A DNA stretch of 57,646 nt, counting the filler, from Trichosphaerium sp. ATCC 40318 (taxonomy: Eukaryota; Protista; Tubulinea): NCBI GenBank assembly GCA_038496445.1. It is 3 parts of 3 records of this genome, joined end to end, with 100 filler letters (N's around TTAATTAATTAA, not from the genome) between each part and the next. Parts side by side here need not be neighbours in the genome. Positions count along the whole stretch, not along the records: positions 23,360 to 44,865 come from JALMLS010000405.1; 2 more parts are not named here. One strand, 5' to 3'. Positions 27,425 to 39,666 of this stretch are shown one piece after another; position 1 is the first letter of the stretch; each line of letters opens with the position of its first letter. Under the pieces are notes generated by a model, which had not been told where the DNA came from, made no database searches, and worked only from the letters and a program-made list of their open reading frames with translations. A program made the position numbers and the translations under genes.

Positions 27425-27799
27425 AATAACGCTAAAAACACCAAAAACGCTGTTTTTTTTTTGATTTTCGGACAAGTTTCTTAGACTTGTTTTTGTAGTT
27501 GTGAGGCTAGCCGTGATTACCTCTATACCTTTACGTTGTGTTTTGGGGCAAACCGACATAGTCCCAGAACGTATCGCGTTGACATGCTCCCAATTTAAGT
27601 AAGCGCAATATATACTTTATAAATCTGTGTACAACACGCACGACGGGGTTTGGTATCAGTTTTGACTCGTTGACATCATCTACGCAATCGACAAATAAGG
27701 CATCAGACCTGAATTCTCCTTTTAACGAGGTAGCGCTACGACTAGTATTAATTAGCGTATTTAACGCTCGTAGGTATTGTGTACAAATAGATAACTACT

Positions 27800-30700
27800 A
27801 TGAGCCGCATAACACTCGCCTGTGCCCGTAAATTGGGTATCATACTGTTAATAGCGCTTTGCATGGGTGCTACCAGTAACGGTTGCGCTGAGGTTCCAAC
27901 AACCTTTTCCAGCATCAGCGACGCACTTGTACGTAACCAATAAGAGAGCTTTACGCTAATATTGTATTATTACAGCAAGCTGGAAACGATTGTATTTTAT
28001 ATTTGGATACCGACCCTATCACTATAACCAGTCGTAGTAACGTCATAATATACAACAACGTAACGGTATGCGCTATTTAAGAGACTCGCCAGCCAAAAAA
28101 AATATAGAATCGGAAACTTACCTTTTGGTAGGATACTTTGGATTCTATTGTTGTTGAAACATCTCAAAACATAACTCTCGTGGGGTTCAAGTCAAAATCA
28201 CTTGTTGTTGAAGGCTCTATTGGTATAGTATTTGATAGATTGTTGCTAAGAAAAACGACGTTTGCACCCAAAATTGCTGGTAGTATAGAAGATGGTACTT
28301 GCTATTCTTACTATTTGCTCTTCTTTTTTTGACTTTGTAGGTTCAAATGTCACCTTCACGAGAACTGTTATAGATGTAGCCCCTTCTAGTGTTGAAAGTA
28401 TAGCAGTTATTTCAAGTACAGTGTATTTTGAGGATACAGATATAGTAGCTAACTGCGTGCGTGGATAAACTATAACGACATGATGGTTTTTTTTTGACTC
28501 ACTTTTCTTCAATAGCTTGTTGCTGTTAATAGTGTAAACTCTTTTATTTCGATGAACCATGTTATTCTTCGTGGCCTCGCACCAAGTACTAATACATTAT
28601 CATAACTTGAATGCTCACTTTAAGCTGTAGCACATGTTATACTGCGGGATAGTAGTACTGGTGTTTTTGGTATGCTTTTCTTTCTTTTTTTTTTCTTCAT
28701 TACTCATCATTAGTCTCTTACATCTTTATAGACAGATGCTCTTTCATTTCTTTAACGCCTGCTTACATTGGTATATAGTACGTTATATAAATTCATTCCC
28801 AGTTTAATGTGATAAGAAACAAAAAGTGAAAAAAAAAATCACAACCAGATTTTGTTTTAGTCACTATTTCTCTTCATTAGCGACTTCTTTCATTATAATG
28901 TTAACTCCCTCTAATATTATAAAACAGTTGTCCAAATAATAATTCCGTAGAGGTGTACAATTCAGTTATTGATGGTCCTGGGTTAGGTAAGTTATTCAAT
29001 TTTTTTTGCATTGAGCTATTATGGCACTAATCATTCTGTAGCTGTCTCGTCTTGTAGTGCAACTATGGAATCTGTTACAATAGGGCATGGTACTATAATC
29101 AATATAACAACATATATGTTACCTTACTTTAAATTTAGGTGTAACTGACTTACCTTCCAATTACAGTTCATGGAAAAACATATTACTACTGAAGAACGAA
29201 TCTTCCTACACTTCTTATTCAGAGCCAAACGAATCTTTTTTATTTTTAAATAATGAAGATGTATTCATAGACTACTTTACTTCATTTGATTATAGATTAA
29301 ATGGGTCAACAGCAGGAACAGTATTTAACTTTACAGGTAAAGCCATTGTTCTATTCTTATAAATTTCCTGATTTTTCAATTAATTTTTTCTTCAGGTGCT
29401 GATACTTCTGTTCGTTTGTATGATCTTGGTACATACTCTGTTTCCATAAATTGGTTTTACTTATTATTTGGTAAGACAATAAAGTCCGAGATATATCAGT
29501 TATAGATGTCGGTGCTTTTCAATACGTACAATCTTGATTTCTTCTTGCTTTCAAATTAATACCGATGTAATTGTTTATACTATCATAGCGTGATCCTCCA
29601 CCACCTACTACTGAGTCTCCCACAACTATGCCACCTACTACTAAGACACCACCTACTATGGCTCCTACAACTCTACCGCCTACAACTAGATCACCTACAA
29701 CTGTATCGCCCACTGCGACCCCAACACGGGCACCTACAACAATTATACCGAGCATATCTCCGTCAGGAGCGTCACTTCCTATACCAACAAGTATGCCCAC
29801 ACAACCGACAACGACAGGTGTGTTTTCAAGAACTTTAACTCAGTATTTAACTCTATTAGCAAGCAACGCTTGCCTAGGAGATGCGCCCAATGAAAATGCC
29901 ACGTGTTCCGATGGGAAATGGGCTATTTTTAACTTATCACTACGACCTAATGAAGTATTCGTTTTGACTAACAATGTGGTCATTGAAAACACTCTTGTGT
30001 CTACAAACACAAGTACTATTGTATTTAATGATGCGACCATTGAGCTAAGAAGTATGAATTGTTCCGATAGTTTCTTCTTTTTTTCTATTTTTTTTTCTTT
30101 GGCATTTTTGACGTTTGGATTTAGGCTGTACTGTTTTGAATGGGCATGCTGTTCTTAATAGAACAACAGGTGTTTTAGACGGAGACAGAATATCCTTTGT
30201 TTCTTTTAATGAGTCACTTCGTAGTTGTATCACAGGTACAGCTTTTGATACAAAACCGAAATTCTCTGAACAGTTTTTCGTTTGGTTTGAGCAGCGAGAT
30301 GATTGACGTCCTTGCCTATGATTTAACTCTTTGATTAGGAGATTTTGTAACAGTTGATATTATTTCTCCTGATAAGGATTGTGAGACCATAACAGCAAAA
30401 GTAGAGCAAGAAACACGTGAGTACTTTTTTTTTTCAAACCTTTTTGAGTTTTTACAATCTGCCTTACGTTTGCTTTCATTTGATTCAGTGCTGCTTTGTA
30501 TAAAAGTAGTTTATTCCTTATGTCTAATTCTCAGCCTATCAGATTAACACGTGTTGAAGTTTTTATTTAGAAAGGATTGCTGCAATAGTAGATGTTGATA
30601 AATCATCATGTGGTTCATCAACTACCAGGAATATTGCTATAGCATGTTCGTGCATAATAATTATTATAGTAATAGTTGCACTTGTACTTATATTCCGGAT

Positions 30701-30893
30701 TGATTGCTTGAGGCAGATTGTATTCCCTTATAGATACACTGCTGACGGAAGAAGACGTAAAACTGGAGCTGTTATGAATATACAGACACCAAGAGAGCAT
30801 AAAGCAAATCCACCATTATCTAGAGAATCTGAAAAAGGATCTCTTATTGAGATGGAAAAAATAGAGAGGGAGATGCAAGCACAGGACGTTTGA
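27800..30893 (+). CDS. Multi-exon type I membrane protein with beta-rich ectodomain, Pro/Thr mucin-like stalk and short cytoplasmic tail
   Basis: Signal peptide, PTT repeats (29600-29815), hydrophobic segment near 30630-30700, tail RQIVFPYR...AQDV*. Confidence 0.65.
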
Positions 30894-31168
30894 TGAAAAA
30901 AAAAACAAAAGAAGAAGTAATTACAGATTGCAGAAGATTAAATCAGTAATTACTTCTGAATCTGTCTCTACAACTTGACTTGTAATATAAATTGTTAGTG
31001 AATATGTTATAAACTTGAGTCTTGTTCAGAAAGAACATAACATAAATATGTCAAAAAAAATAAAAATATATTACTGAAATCAACCACATGCTTTGTTAAG
31101 TTATGGTCACAGTACATGCTTAATAGAAATGAAATATAGTATGTAGGAAACAGCACAGAATAAGAAAA

Positions 31169-34100
31169 ATGAAGCTATCTGATGCTGTAAAAGCTGTTGT
31201 GAAGGAATGGGGTAGCATTAATGCTACCAAGCTGATTATTGCAAAAACAGGTGCAGATGATGCAACTGTATTCATAAACGCACTGTTGCCCCATTACCCT
31301 CATGATTTGCAATTTGCAGCTTTCATTGCAAAATCATTTACAATCGAACGATGCAATTGCAAAAAAGAGTGCTACAAAAAATACAACCGAAATTATTTGT
31401 ATTTTTTGCAATTTTTGGTGTTTTCAATGAACCACCTTGAAAAACGCAAATATCTAATGTTGTTTTTTTCCAAAAAAGCATCTAGCCTCAATCCAAACGT
31501 GTCAAAATGGAATTACTACATACACTATTATGGAGATTTACGACAACAAGTGTGTAAACAGTTTTTCATGAACGTGCATCATTTGACTACACAAAGTATG
31601 AAAACAATGCACTGTTTCAAAGAAACCAACTGTTCTATACCTTTTGATAACAGAGGCAAACACAACAATCGACCACATAGGTACCATTAAACGTTTAATT
31701 GATGTTATGCCGTAAAACGATATCGTTTTAGAGGTATCGTGTGTCATAAAACGATATCGTTTTAGAGCATATTTATACTGTAAAACGATATCGTTTTAGG
31801 ACGTATTTATACTGTAAAACGTCATCGTTTTAGAGTGTACTTGCATCGTAAAACGTCATCGTTTTAGAATGTACTTGCATCGTAAAACGTCATCGTTTTA
31901 GAGTGTACTTGCATTGTAAAACGTCATCGTTTTAGAGTGTACTTGCATTGTAAAACGTCATCGTTTTAGAGTGTACTTGCATCGTAAAACGTCATCGTTT
32001 TAGAGTGTACTTGCATCGTAAAACGTCATCGTTTTACGATGCAAATATTATTGGTTTTATTCAAATTTCTTATACATTATAGAAAGTCTGTGAGCATTCA
32101 AAACAAGATAAGTGAGCATATCTCAAACTACATAGTATGTACATAAGTAATATTAAGTTTATAATTTGTACTAAGGTAGAAAGATCACACTATGCCATAG
32201 CAAAACATAAATTGGTGTTCTTCTTCAAACAAGGTTTGACGTTGCAAACAATTTATGATGAGTTTATATCATCAAATGATGATTTGTATGCAAAAAAGGT
32301 TGAAGGTGTGAGTAAAGATAATGTAGTTTCCCAAAGCACTTTTCGCAGGTACATCACAAGTATAAGAATTACATACAATAAAAATTGACTGGTTTTGTAG
32401 ATATTTCAAAAAAGAAACTGCTGGAAAGTACAAGTTTGGCTGTAGTAGAGAAGATGTATGCAATATTTGCTTTTGGTATAAGTGCCGCTTTGGAGATAGG
32501 ACTTTAAGAAAAGCAGATAGAGATCAATTACATTTAGAACATGATACTCACATTCGTATTGCTGAAAGAAGATCAGAGTTTATGCGGTATGATATGCAAT
32601 CCAAATTGCGATTGCAAAATGAGCAAAATGTCTATTTACTTCCAAATTGGTTGTATTTTGATGTTAACATGAGAGATATTGCTGACACAGAATGTTTTTG
32701 GAGTGCTCAAAAAGAAGATCATTGGTATGAAAATCAACTAAGTTATGAATATGAAGAAGATGAAGATTCAAATGAAGAGTTTGAAGTAAATGCTATTTTG
32801 ATGACTACTGTGAATGAAGCTACAAAAGAGATGAATGCACTAGTATCATGGAAGGGCCTTGAACAAATTCCTTTATTTCATGAGTTATCATTATTTAATA
32901 AGGATGTTTATTACCCTACATGGCATCAATATAACATGTGGAAAAGACATAATTCATCAGTTATTAGTATCGATTATATGCAAATGCTTAGCATGCCTAA
33001 ATTGGCAGATCAACCTCAAATTCAATACTACTTAAGGTACACAAGATTTAGAGGTTTGTTTAATGTAAGTTAGAGCTTTGGCAGTGCAAACTTGTGGTAT
33101 TTATGATTGTGATCAAAAAAAGACTTTTTGCTATCATTGGAATGAATATGAAGCAAGAAGAACTATTCAAGACACTATTGCAGTGTTGTACAGGCACTAT
33201 CAATTATTTATAATAGTTTTAATGTTTGTTAGACATTTGGCTGGTATAAACAGAAAACGTTTTCTGATTGTTTGGGCAGATAATTGTACCTCTCAAAACA
33301 AATGTTGGGAATTGATATTTTTTTATTGTCACTTAGTATATAAAAATGTGTTTCAAGAAGTTACCTTGAACTATCTACGTATTGGCCACACATTTTTACC
33401 TAATGATAGAGCTTTTGGAGTAGTACGAAACAAATTGAAAAAAAGGTATGCTGCTTATGGATAGCTAAACAATCGTAATGTGTGTAGATGTTTAATTTCT
33501 ATGAATGATGTTCAAGAATTGTTTACTGCTTCTGGGCCTAGTGTTGTGGGAGTTAAAATGGAACAAAATAGGTTTAGAGCTACTAAAGAGTTTGTTGCTG
33601 GTTTCAGAAAACCTTCCAAAGACATAAATAAAGTGAATAGAGGCAAAGCAATGACAAATGCTGCAATTATTAGGTAACCAATTTTCCCATCACTTTTACT
33701 TATTTTTCAAAGAATAATTAAAAGCACACATGGCAGAGTACACATGATTACAGAGCATGAAATGCATGCTGGTAAAGAAAGATCTAGAATATTTAATATG
33801 CATTATGTGGATGATCGTGAACCACCATCTGTGTCTTTTAATAGTTTGCCATATTTGTATGGTAAAAAGTCTCATGGCAGTTACAAAGAAGTTCGCTTGA
33901 AAATCAATCCCAAAAAAGCAATAGATATTTATTTGTTAGCAAATAGATATGGTTTGGACACTTCTGAAGACAGTTTGTATCCTAAACCTGAAGATTATGA
34001 TGGTTCAACAGAATATACACCACCAAAAGAAGCAATGGTGTGGTCAGAATTTATACAAGAGCCATTGGCTACATTGTCTTTAGAAAATGCAAGAGCTATA

Positions 34101-34226
34101 GAAGCTTATGAAGTGCAAGAACAAGTGTCTGAAGATAATCAAGAAAGAATGCAAACATTAGCAAATGAAGATATGACTGCTTTTATTAGTACAAGCAGTG
34201 TTTTGAATCGAATTCCGAGATATTAA
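31169..34226 (+). CDS. Sola1-like DDD transposase, spliced, with chromodomain-like insertion
   Basis: Motifs CNCKKEC, VCKQFF, DNRGKHNNRP, SHY, DVCNIC, DYMQMLSMP, YYLR, YHWNE, WADNCTSQNK, GHTFLPNDRAFG. Exons join in frame through GT-AG introns (first intron 31681-32082). Confidence 0.85.
31713..32044. repeat. Tandem array: 10 units, exact 34-bp period, palindromic core AAAACG(AT/TC)ATCGTTTT
   Basis: Units start at 31713, 31747, 31781, 31815, 31849, 31883, 31917, 31951, 31985, 32019; all inside transposase intron 1. Confidence 0.95.
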
Positions 34227-37200
34227 TTTCTATTGGCTTTTTTACGTGCTCTACCTGAACGTCTAGGTACTGTAATCTTTGGTTTTTTAGCCTTAGGTTT
34301 TTTAGCTGATGGAGATAAGCCACGTTTTCTAGGTGTTAATTGGTTGTCATTAGATCTTTGATTTGGACTTGCTCTTTTACCACGTGTATCTGTTCCCTAA
34401 TACTTTTGTTAAATAAAATTGAATTTCTGAAAAATCTTATCACACTCTTTTTGGTTGCACTGGACTGATTGCTGGAGAGCTGGTCATCAATGAATCCAAA
34501 GGCTCTAATATAAGTCAATGTGTTATGATATTGACTATTCAACTAACCACTGTCAGTAGGAAAGCCTAATCCAGTTTGAGAGTCCAAATCAAGTTTCAGT
34601 GGTTCAATTGTTTGTGTCAAATCAATGTAATTTTCACCGTCAACAAATGTGTCTTTTGGAACTTTAAAAAGAAAGTAATCAAAATCACTATTTGAGCCCA
34701 CAGTTATGGAATCAAGGTCTCCTAGTATTCATTAGTGATCAATAAAATAAAGCAGAGGTACCTTCTGTAAGTTTTTGAATCTCTAAGCCGCTGAATTTGA
34801 CAGTACGCGGGGTAGAAACTCCTTCAATTACTGTGTTATCGCCATCTGTATTGTATTCATTAGCATTTTTCCTGTAAGTAATAATTGTACCATTTACATT
34901 CTCATCAAACAAGTCAACACTCATAGCATCATCACCTTCATGAACATGTGTAACTTCTGTTCCATTACCAACACCTGTGCTGTCGCCTTTTCCAGCACCT
35001 GCGTTTTCATCAACAGTTGTGACATTATCATGACGTCTGACGTGGGTTTTGCTACCAACACCTTCATTACCAGCGCTTGTTTTGTCATCAGCTTTTGTTT
35101 TGTTGGCAGCAGCTGTTTCATTATCCGCACTTGCTTTGTCCTTGGTACCTGCTTCATTATTCGCACCCGCCTTGTCCTCGGTACCTGCTTCATTACTCGC
35201 ACCCGCTTTGTCCTCGGTACCTGCTTCGTCATCGGCTTTTGCTTTATTGCCGACACCTGTTTCATTATCGGCACTTTTGTTATCAGCACCTGCTTCGTCA
35301 TCGGCTTTTGTTTTGTTGCCAACAGCTGTTTTGTTATCCGCAATCGTTTCGTTATCGGCGCCTGTTTTGTCATTGACACTTGTTTCGTTACTGGCGCCTG
35401 CTTTGCCTTTGACTTCGTTATTGTTTGCAGCGTCTTCGTCATTGCTATTTTTCTTGCCAACGTTCTTGTTTTTGACTGCATCCACATCTTCATCGGAATC
35501 ACTGGAAATACTCATAGGCGTAATATCACCAGGACGGAGACCGAAACCTAAACAGTTAAGTATTTGTTGTATTATCTACTTTTGGCATACTTTCACTGCT
35601 ATCTTCATCTTTTTCTTGCTTACTTGCATTTTTCATCGTGCTTTCAGCTTCTTTACGAATTAGTGATTCTTGTTCGTCCGCTTCTCTTTGTCTTTTAAGT
35701 TCTTCAGCTTCCTGTTTTTTTTCCTTAACTGCGCTAGGAGTCAACGTATGGTTCTCACAAGGTTTGATAGAGTCTGGAAGACGTTCATACTTGACATGCA
35801 AAGTTGCCACTAAAAAACTATAAGTATGTGATTGATCACAATTACATGCCTATTTTGAGAACCTTGTTTGCAGAATACAGTCTTTCTAAACACTTTGTTA
35901 TTAATGGACTGCAAGCAACTGCTTGAGGTTTCCAAAAGAGTAGTATTTTTGGAAAAAGCGAATTAGAATAGTTTTTCTTTCCAAACAACAGATTCAAATT
36001 GAAGCTTTTCAAGTCACGGAACAAGGCACAGTTTGTCTTTTTGAGTGGATCAGTCAAGTTGTTTTTTTTGCATAATTCTTGTATCTATCACTTATCAGTT
36101 GGTGCTAAAGTGCATTCAACGTACTGTAGTAAGTGCTTTTACAGCATTCATAAAGTTTTTTGCTTGTCCTTTATTTGGATTGCTAGTAAAATACTCACCA
36201 GTAATCGCTTTCATCAACTACTCCAAGTAAGTGAACGCAACGTTGATAATTAAACGTGCCTGTAGTCTTGCTGTTATGTTTTTAGCAAAGCAATTTCGCG
36301 AATAGAAATGATAATCATGTCCATACACATATTTCTTAGTCATTTTTTCTTTCTAGGATAATGAATTAGTAGACAGTTTATAGGAGCTATTGTACCGCTT
36401 CCACTACTCGGCAATGTTCTTTAAATTCTTGTTCTATGCCAATCGGAAAGAGAGAAGCTTTTAAAATCAACCCATAATTTAACACACTCAATATTTTTCC
36501 AATAGAATAATGGTCATCAATATTTTGAAGCTCCTATTGCGCTCAACAATAAACAAATAAACAATAACGAACCGCTATACAAACATCTGAAGGCAAGTAA
36601 TTTTTGAGACTAAATCTAACCCACACTTGTTTGTACTCAGAAAAACCTTCAGTATTTGCGACCAAGTTATCATGTAGCATCTTAGCTCTATCTCTGAAGG
36701 TTTTTAATTTATCGTAATATGTTGGGTTTCCTAACAACAACTTAGTCGCAGGAAAACAACACTGCACATACCAACTTGCATTTGCAACAAGTTTATTTGG
36801 GAACCAACTCGCACCAGACCAAAGAACCCAGCCTGTATGTTAAAAAAGTTTACTGTTGAGAATACGATGTTTGAGATCTTTTGCACCAAACGCGTTTTTT
36901 TAGACCTAAGCATAATTACTACACAGGATATGACATGCGCATACATTAGCGAACTTAAACTCGTGTGTGTTCCATCAATCACTGCAATGGTGGTTAAATC
37001 ACCCATTGGAAGCCAAGCAACAGTCATACATCTGTCTTGTATTTTTTTGGTAGCTGAATGTGTCAATAAAATTAATACGTGTAGTTACGTACTACTTCTC
37101 TCACTAAACGCCATTTTGTCTTTGAAGTTACTTGCAGAAAATTCACGTATAGCGATGAAACATGAGATATCTGAAAATCTCCAGTCACGGTCAAAGACAA

Positions 37201-38557
37201 TATCATGTTCAATGTTGGTTTCACAATGTGCTGAAACCTTTGAGTCTCCATCTATGGTGATGTTATTGAGTAATTTGGTAGGCACTTTCTCAATCTCCAT
37301 CTCTTTGAACTCAGCCTTATAAGACGATTTTTTTTTGGCACCTCTACATTAAGTTAAAAAAATAACTTACACGCTCGTACTCTATCAGTGCATCCAATTG
37401 CACATCACAAGACACCAGAATAGAACTTCTAAAAAGCAGCGCTGCAACATATAAACCATAATGAGAAGTGCCATCATTGAAGCAAAAAGCTGCTTCAAAC
37501 ATATCAAAATGATACAACAATTGGTAAACAACCACTTTCGTGGTTAAATTATAAATAAACATCGTTTTCTCCTCATCAGATGGTTCATCTACATCTGTTA
37601 AGGATGGTTTAAACCAACACTCAGCATCGAGCAAGTCAGAAGCATTTTGTAAAAAAGATTCCACATTCTTGACACCAATCTCCTAACAAAAGTACTAAGA
37701 TTCAAAAAAACATGTACTACATCTGTACCTTTTCACAGTTGTAGTTTTGTACAGCCAGCGTTTCCTTCAATTCTGCTATTGAACTCAACAAACTTTTCTT
37801 TATGTCTCGTGTCATGATGTGTGTTCCTGGTAGTACACCATACACAGCTGTAGGTGTACTCACCAATGCTCTTAAACACATTAACAACAGCAACAATATC
37901 AATACGTACTCAAAACGCAGTTCAGCAGTAGACTTTAACCGATCTGCTTTGTGTTTTTCAATATCTGGAGGAGCATCGTCAGACAGTATCTCCAAACGTT
38001 CCACAAGCTGCCTTGGATAGGCTGAAAACACTTCTAAAATGTATGCATAAGTACATACAATAGTTTGTTTTCAGTCATCATGAAAAACGATATCGTTTTA
38101 CAGGGTCTAAAGTGAAAAAACGATATCGTTTTACAGAATCCGATATGATCTATGACATGAAAAAACGATATCGTTTTATGAAAATCCGAAAATGATAAAA
38201 CGATATCGTTTTTCCATGTGAGTCATTCACAAAACGATATCGTTTTCTCGTGTGAATCCCTCATAAAACGATATCGTTTTAAGACATTAAAAAAGGATAA
38301 AACGATATCGTTTTATAGCAAAAAATGGTTTAAAGCGTTGCGCAAGAAGAATCTACTTTGCAAACGCAAATTACACACCAATTCAAATATGGTGTTGTTT
38401 TAACCAAAGCGCATAGCATACGTAGTACGCCCATGGATTGAAGAGGCGTTTTGAAATAAAAAACAACAAATACTAGTAAAAGAAACATATAGTACTAGTA
38501 CGCACCTTCCAAAGCATTGAAACGGCGATAGAGTGGTTTTTTCTTCCTTGAGGTCAT
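34223..38557 (-). CDS. Large spliced accessory gene of the transposon, function unknown
   Basis: MTSRKKKPLYRRFNALE|VFVVFYFKTPLQSMGVL|QVFSAYPRQLVERL... joins in frame over GT-AG introns. Contains an acidic 12-aa repeat region and a basic tail ...PRKRGLSPSAKKPKAKKPK...RKKANRN*. Confidence 0.7.
35060..35400 (-). repeat. Coding ~36-bp (12-aa) degenerate repeats (NEAGTEDKAGAx)
   Basis: Visible in ORF 34739..35515(-); explains the multiple overlapping shadow ORFs there. Confidence 0.85.
38084..38314. repeat. Array of 7 perfect 16-bp palindromes AAAACGATATCGTTTT with non-identical spacers
   Basis: Cores at 38084, 38117, 38162, 38197, 38231, 38265, 38299 (spacing 33, 45, 35, 34, 34, 34); inside intron 2 (38034-38421) of the accessory gene. 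Confidence 0.95.
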
Positions 38558-39666
38558 TGCAGTCGAAAGTAGTACTATTAAGTTATTTGTTAAGTGTTGG
38601 AATTAACGTTCAACAAAAACCATAGACCAACAGATAAACAGTACTATCATGTGACTTACAGGTCTATGTGTATGTTCTATAACATACAAAAACAATTGAC
38701 AGACATCAAACAGAATTAGAGCACAATTTGCACCATAAGTGCAAACGCAATGAAAGTGATGCAATTATTTTAAGGATGTTTTTATTGCATTAATAGACAA
38801 CACGTATGTGTGGTGTTCCATTACAAGCATTGAAATGGCCACAACTTTAGTTATGTTCTTTCTGAACGAAACTCACTTGTCATAAAACAAGAATGTTTGG
38901 CTTTTTTTTTTCAAAGAATTCCCACGAAGTTTTGTTCCCACTCTTATCGTTATTCTTACAGGGCTGGTTTAAAAACAGTTAGATCATGTAATAGTAGAAA
39001 TGGATCTACTGATGATAAAAAGGGAGATGAAGCCCTGTTACCGATTTTAGAAGCATTTTGAGTCGAAACAATTGAACTTTCGAAGAAAAAATAAAGTCGG
39101 CACTCTCCTTTTTATCATCTATCACTGTTGCACAAGTACTGAATAAGAAACGTTATGCAATGAATTCACTATAAGGTTGATGTCCCAACTTACTCCATCC
39201 AATATCTTATAATAGTAAACACATAGTAGGTTGCAAGTGACATTGCGCTTGTAGTTTATATGAAGTCCTATCTGGAAATTGTAATTTTATTCAATAATAT
39301 TTGTCGCACAATATTGCTTGGAAATAAGCGCTGGTTCAGATGGACATTTGGGTTAGGGGTGCTGAATAATACTTTGTTATTACAACTAGTTAGTATGTTG
39401 AAACAAAACTTGATAAGTGACACATGTTCATGTCAGTCATTCAGCAATGTCTTTGTTCAAAAGATAGTAGTACAGTATTTCACAGTCTCATTGAATGATT
39501 AACATTGGTTGCGCAATACTACATCCTAAATGTACTTATAGTAATATCACAGGTACTTACACAATTGAATTCATAAGTTTATTGTAGTGTCACTTTGATT
39601 TGTGACGTTATTATTTATATATACAAGTTCCTTTTAATTCTTTTTCTAGTTCTTGTTACTACAGTT

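Larger units (their letters stand above)
31017..38874 (+). mobile_element. Complete Sola-superfamily (Sola1-like transposase) DNA transposon, 7858 bp, two genes
   Basis: TIRs 31017-31041 (GAGTCTTGTTCAGAAAGAACATAAC) and 38850-38874 match 23/25. 4-bp direct repeat ACTT at 31013-31016 and 38875-38878. GAG...CTC termini. Contains a DDD transposase. Confidence 0.9.

Noticed and set aside
34921-35663. Several overlapping long ORFs on both strands
   Set aside because: Shadow frames of the 36-bp coding repeat in the accessory gene.
38084-38314. CRISPR array
   Set aside because: The repeat is only 16 bp, spacers are ~18 nt and partly resemble one another (GTGAGTC/GTGAATC, AATCCGA twice), no cas genes are present, and the array lies in a eukaryotic intron.
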